Below are positions 62,878 to 64,000 of a DNA stretch of 64,000 nucleotides, piece after piece. This DNA is from an uncultured Planctomycetota bacterium (GTDB taxonomy: Bacteria > Planctomycetota > Planctomycetia > Isosphaerales > Isosphaeraceae). A model generated the notes under the pieces. That model made no database searches. It saw only the letters and a program-made list of their open reading frames with translations, and had not been told where the DNA came from. The stretch spans positions 1,376,001 to 1,440,000 of the forward strand of contig CAWGMQ010000008.1 in assembly GCA_963823665.1 (NCBI GenBank). Direction: 5' to 3'. Positions within the stretch are counted from its first letter, which is position 1; each line of letters opens with the position of its first letter. The translations under genes and the position numbers were made by a program.

Positions 62878-64000
62878 ATGATATGCGTGACGATCGGGCG
62901 CGGCCGCCATTCTTCCTTGGCGGAAGAATGGAAGAGTGCGGCTGACGCCGGGGTGCAGCTCGCCGAGCTCCGAATTGACTGCCTCCGCCGCGAGCCGGAC
63001 TTGAAGCGGATTCTCAAGATTCGCCCAACGCCGCTGGTTTTCACGATCCGGCGGGGTGCCGACGGGGGGCTCTGGCGCGGCAAGGAGGATAAGCGGCAGC
63101 AGCTCCTGCGCGAGGCGATCGCGGCAGGCGTCGATTACGTCGATCTCGAAATGGACATCGCGGGGAAGATCCGCCGCTTCGGTAAGACCAAGCGGATCAT
63201 CAGCTACCACAACTTGAAGTCGACGCCGGTCGATGTGGAGGATTTCTCCGACCAGTGTGCCGAGCTCGATCCCGATATCATCAAGATCGCGACCGCGGCG
63301 TCCACGCTCGCGGAGGCTTCGCGGGTCCTGCACCTGGCGACGAAGTCGAAGGCACCCATGATCCCGATCGCGATTGGTGAGGTCGGGGTGTTCACGCGGA
63401 TTCTCGGCCGCAAGTTTGGAGCGCCGCTCACGTATGCAGGCTTCAATCCCGAGCGCGTATTCGCAGCCGGAATGCTGCCCCACGGCGTCTTGAGGCATGA
63501 CTTTGCATACGACTCGATCGACGCGAACACCGAGGTGTACGGCGTCATGGGAGACCCGATCGAGCACAGCCTGAGCCCGGTCGTCCACAACGCGGCATTT
63601 CGCGAGCTTGGCTTGAACAAGGTGATGGTGCCGTTTTTGGTGCCCCCTGCCGAGCTGGAGTCATTTTTCAAGGAGCTGCTCTGGCTCGACGTGAAGGGCT
63701 GCAGCGTGACGATCCCGCATAAGGAAACGATCGTGCCGCTGTTGCAACAGAAGGAGGGTGCAGTCGAACGGACCGGAAGCTGCAACACCGTCGTTTTCAA
63801 CGAGGATGGCCAGCGTGTCGGTTACAACACCGATTACCGTGCCGCGATGGACTCGCTCGAGGTGGCGATGAGCGGGCACGAAAGCGACGAATCGTCGAGC
63901 CCGCTCTTTGACAAGCAGGTGCTGATCCTGGGAGCCGGCGGGGTCGCGCGGGCGATCGCTTTCGGCCTGGGCAGGCGCGGGGCTCACGTGTCGATCACCA
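62878..64000 (+). CDS. aroDE: Bifunctional type I 3-dehydroquinate dehydratase / shikimate dehydrogenase, 3'-partial
   Basis: Manual translation: 'MICVTIGRGRH...ELRIDCL...IISYHN...GDPIEHSLSPVVHN...SVTIPHK...NTD...LILGAGGVARA'. Runs off the window end. Confidence 0.9.
   Translation, partial: MICVTIGRGRHSSLAEEWKSAADAGVQLAELRIDCLRREPDLKRILKIRPTPLVFTIRRGADGGLWRGKEDKRQQLLREAIAAGVDYVDLEMDIAGKIRRFGKTKRIISYHNLKSTPVDVEDFSDQCAELDPDIIKIATAASTLAEASRVLHLATKSKAPMIPIAIGEVGVFTRILGRKFGAPLTYAGFNPERVFAAGMLPHGVLRHDFAYDSIDANTEVYGVMGDPIEHSLSPVVHNAAFRELGLNKVMVPFLVPPAELESFFKELLWLDVKGCSVTIPHKETIVPLLQQKEGAVERTGSCNTVVFNEDGQRVGYNTDYRAAMDSLEVAMSGHESDESSSPLFDKQVLILGAGGVARAIAFGLGRRGAHVSIT

Overview
High-GC bacterial DNA, most consistent with a planctomycete (Isosphaeraceae-like). 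This rests on an ECF sigma factor with a long C-terminal extension, 'LE.R.L(L/M)S' extracellular leaders, a Planctomycete/Verrucomicrobia conserved protein and the rpsO-pnp-kinase-NtrC-mutL-aroDE block. Housekeeping flanks (about 1-17.1 kb and 40.3-64 kb) surround a roughly 23 kb accessory region. That region holds an IS256 scrap, one truncated and one complete Y1/HUH (RAYT-like) transposase element, and a mosaic of group II intron ends without any RT gene. It also holds a 5'-truncated RHS toxin with immunity-like genes, a relaxase remnant cut by a complete IS66, and a 1.1 kb tandem array of 207-314 bp composite palindromic units. It ends with a TylF/GT2-TPR/GT4 glycosylation cluster, whose GT2 gene carries three unrelated repeat elements in frame, and 2.3 kb of repeat-rich non-coding DNA. 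A three-gene vWA/beta-propeller/TPR operon resembling MoxR-vWA-beta-propeller (bpX) conflict systems sits at 48.2-54.8 kb with no MoxR ATPase beside it. Several genes, including mutL, are split by frameshifts, probably assembly indel errors. No tRNA, rRNA or CRISPR array was seen. All family calls come from motif recognition by eye; no database searches were run.
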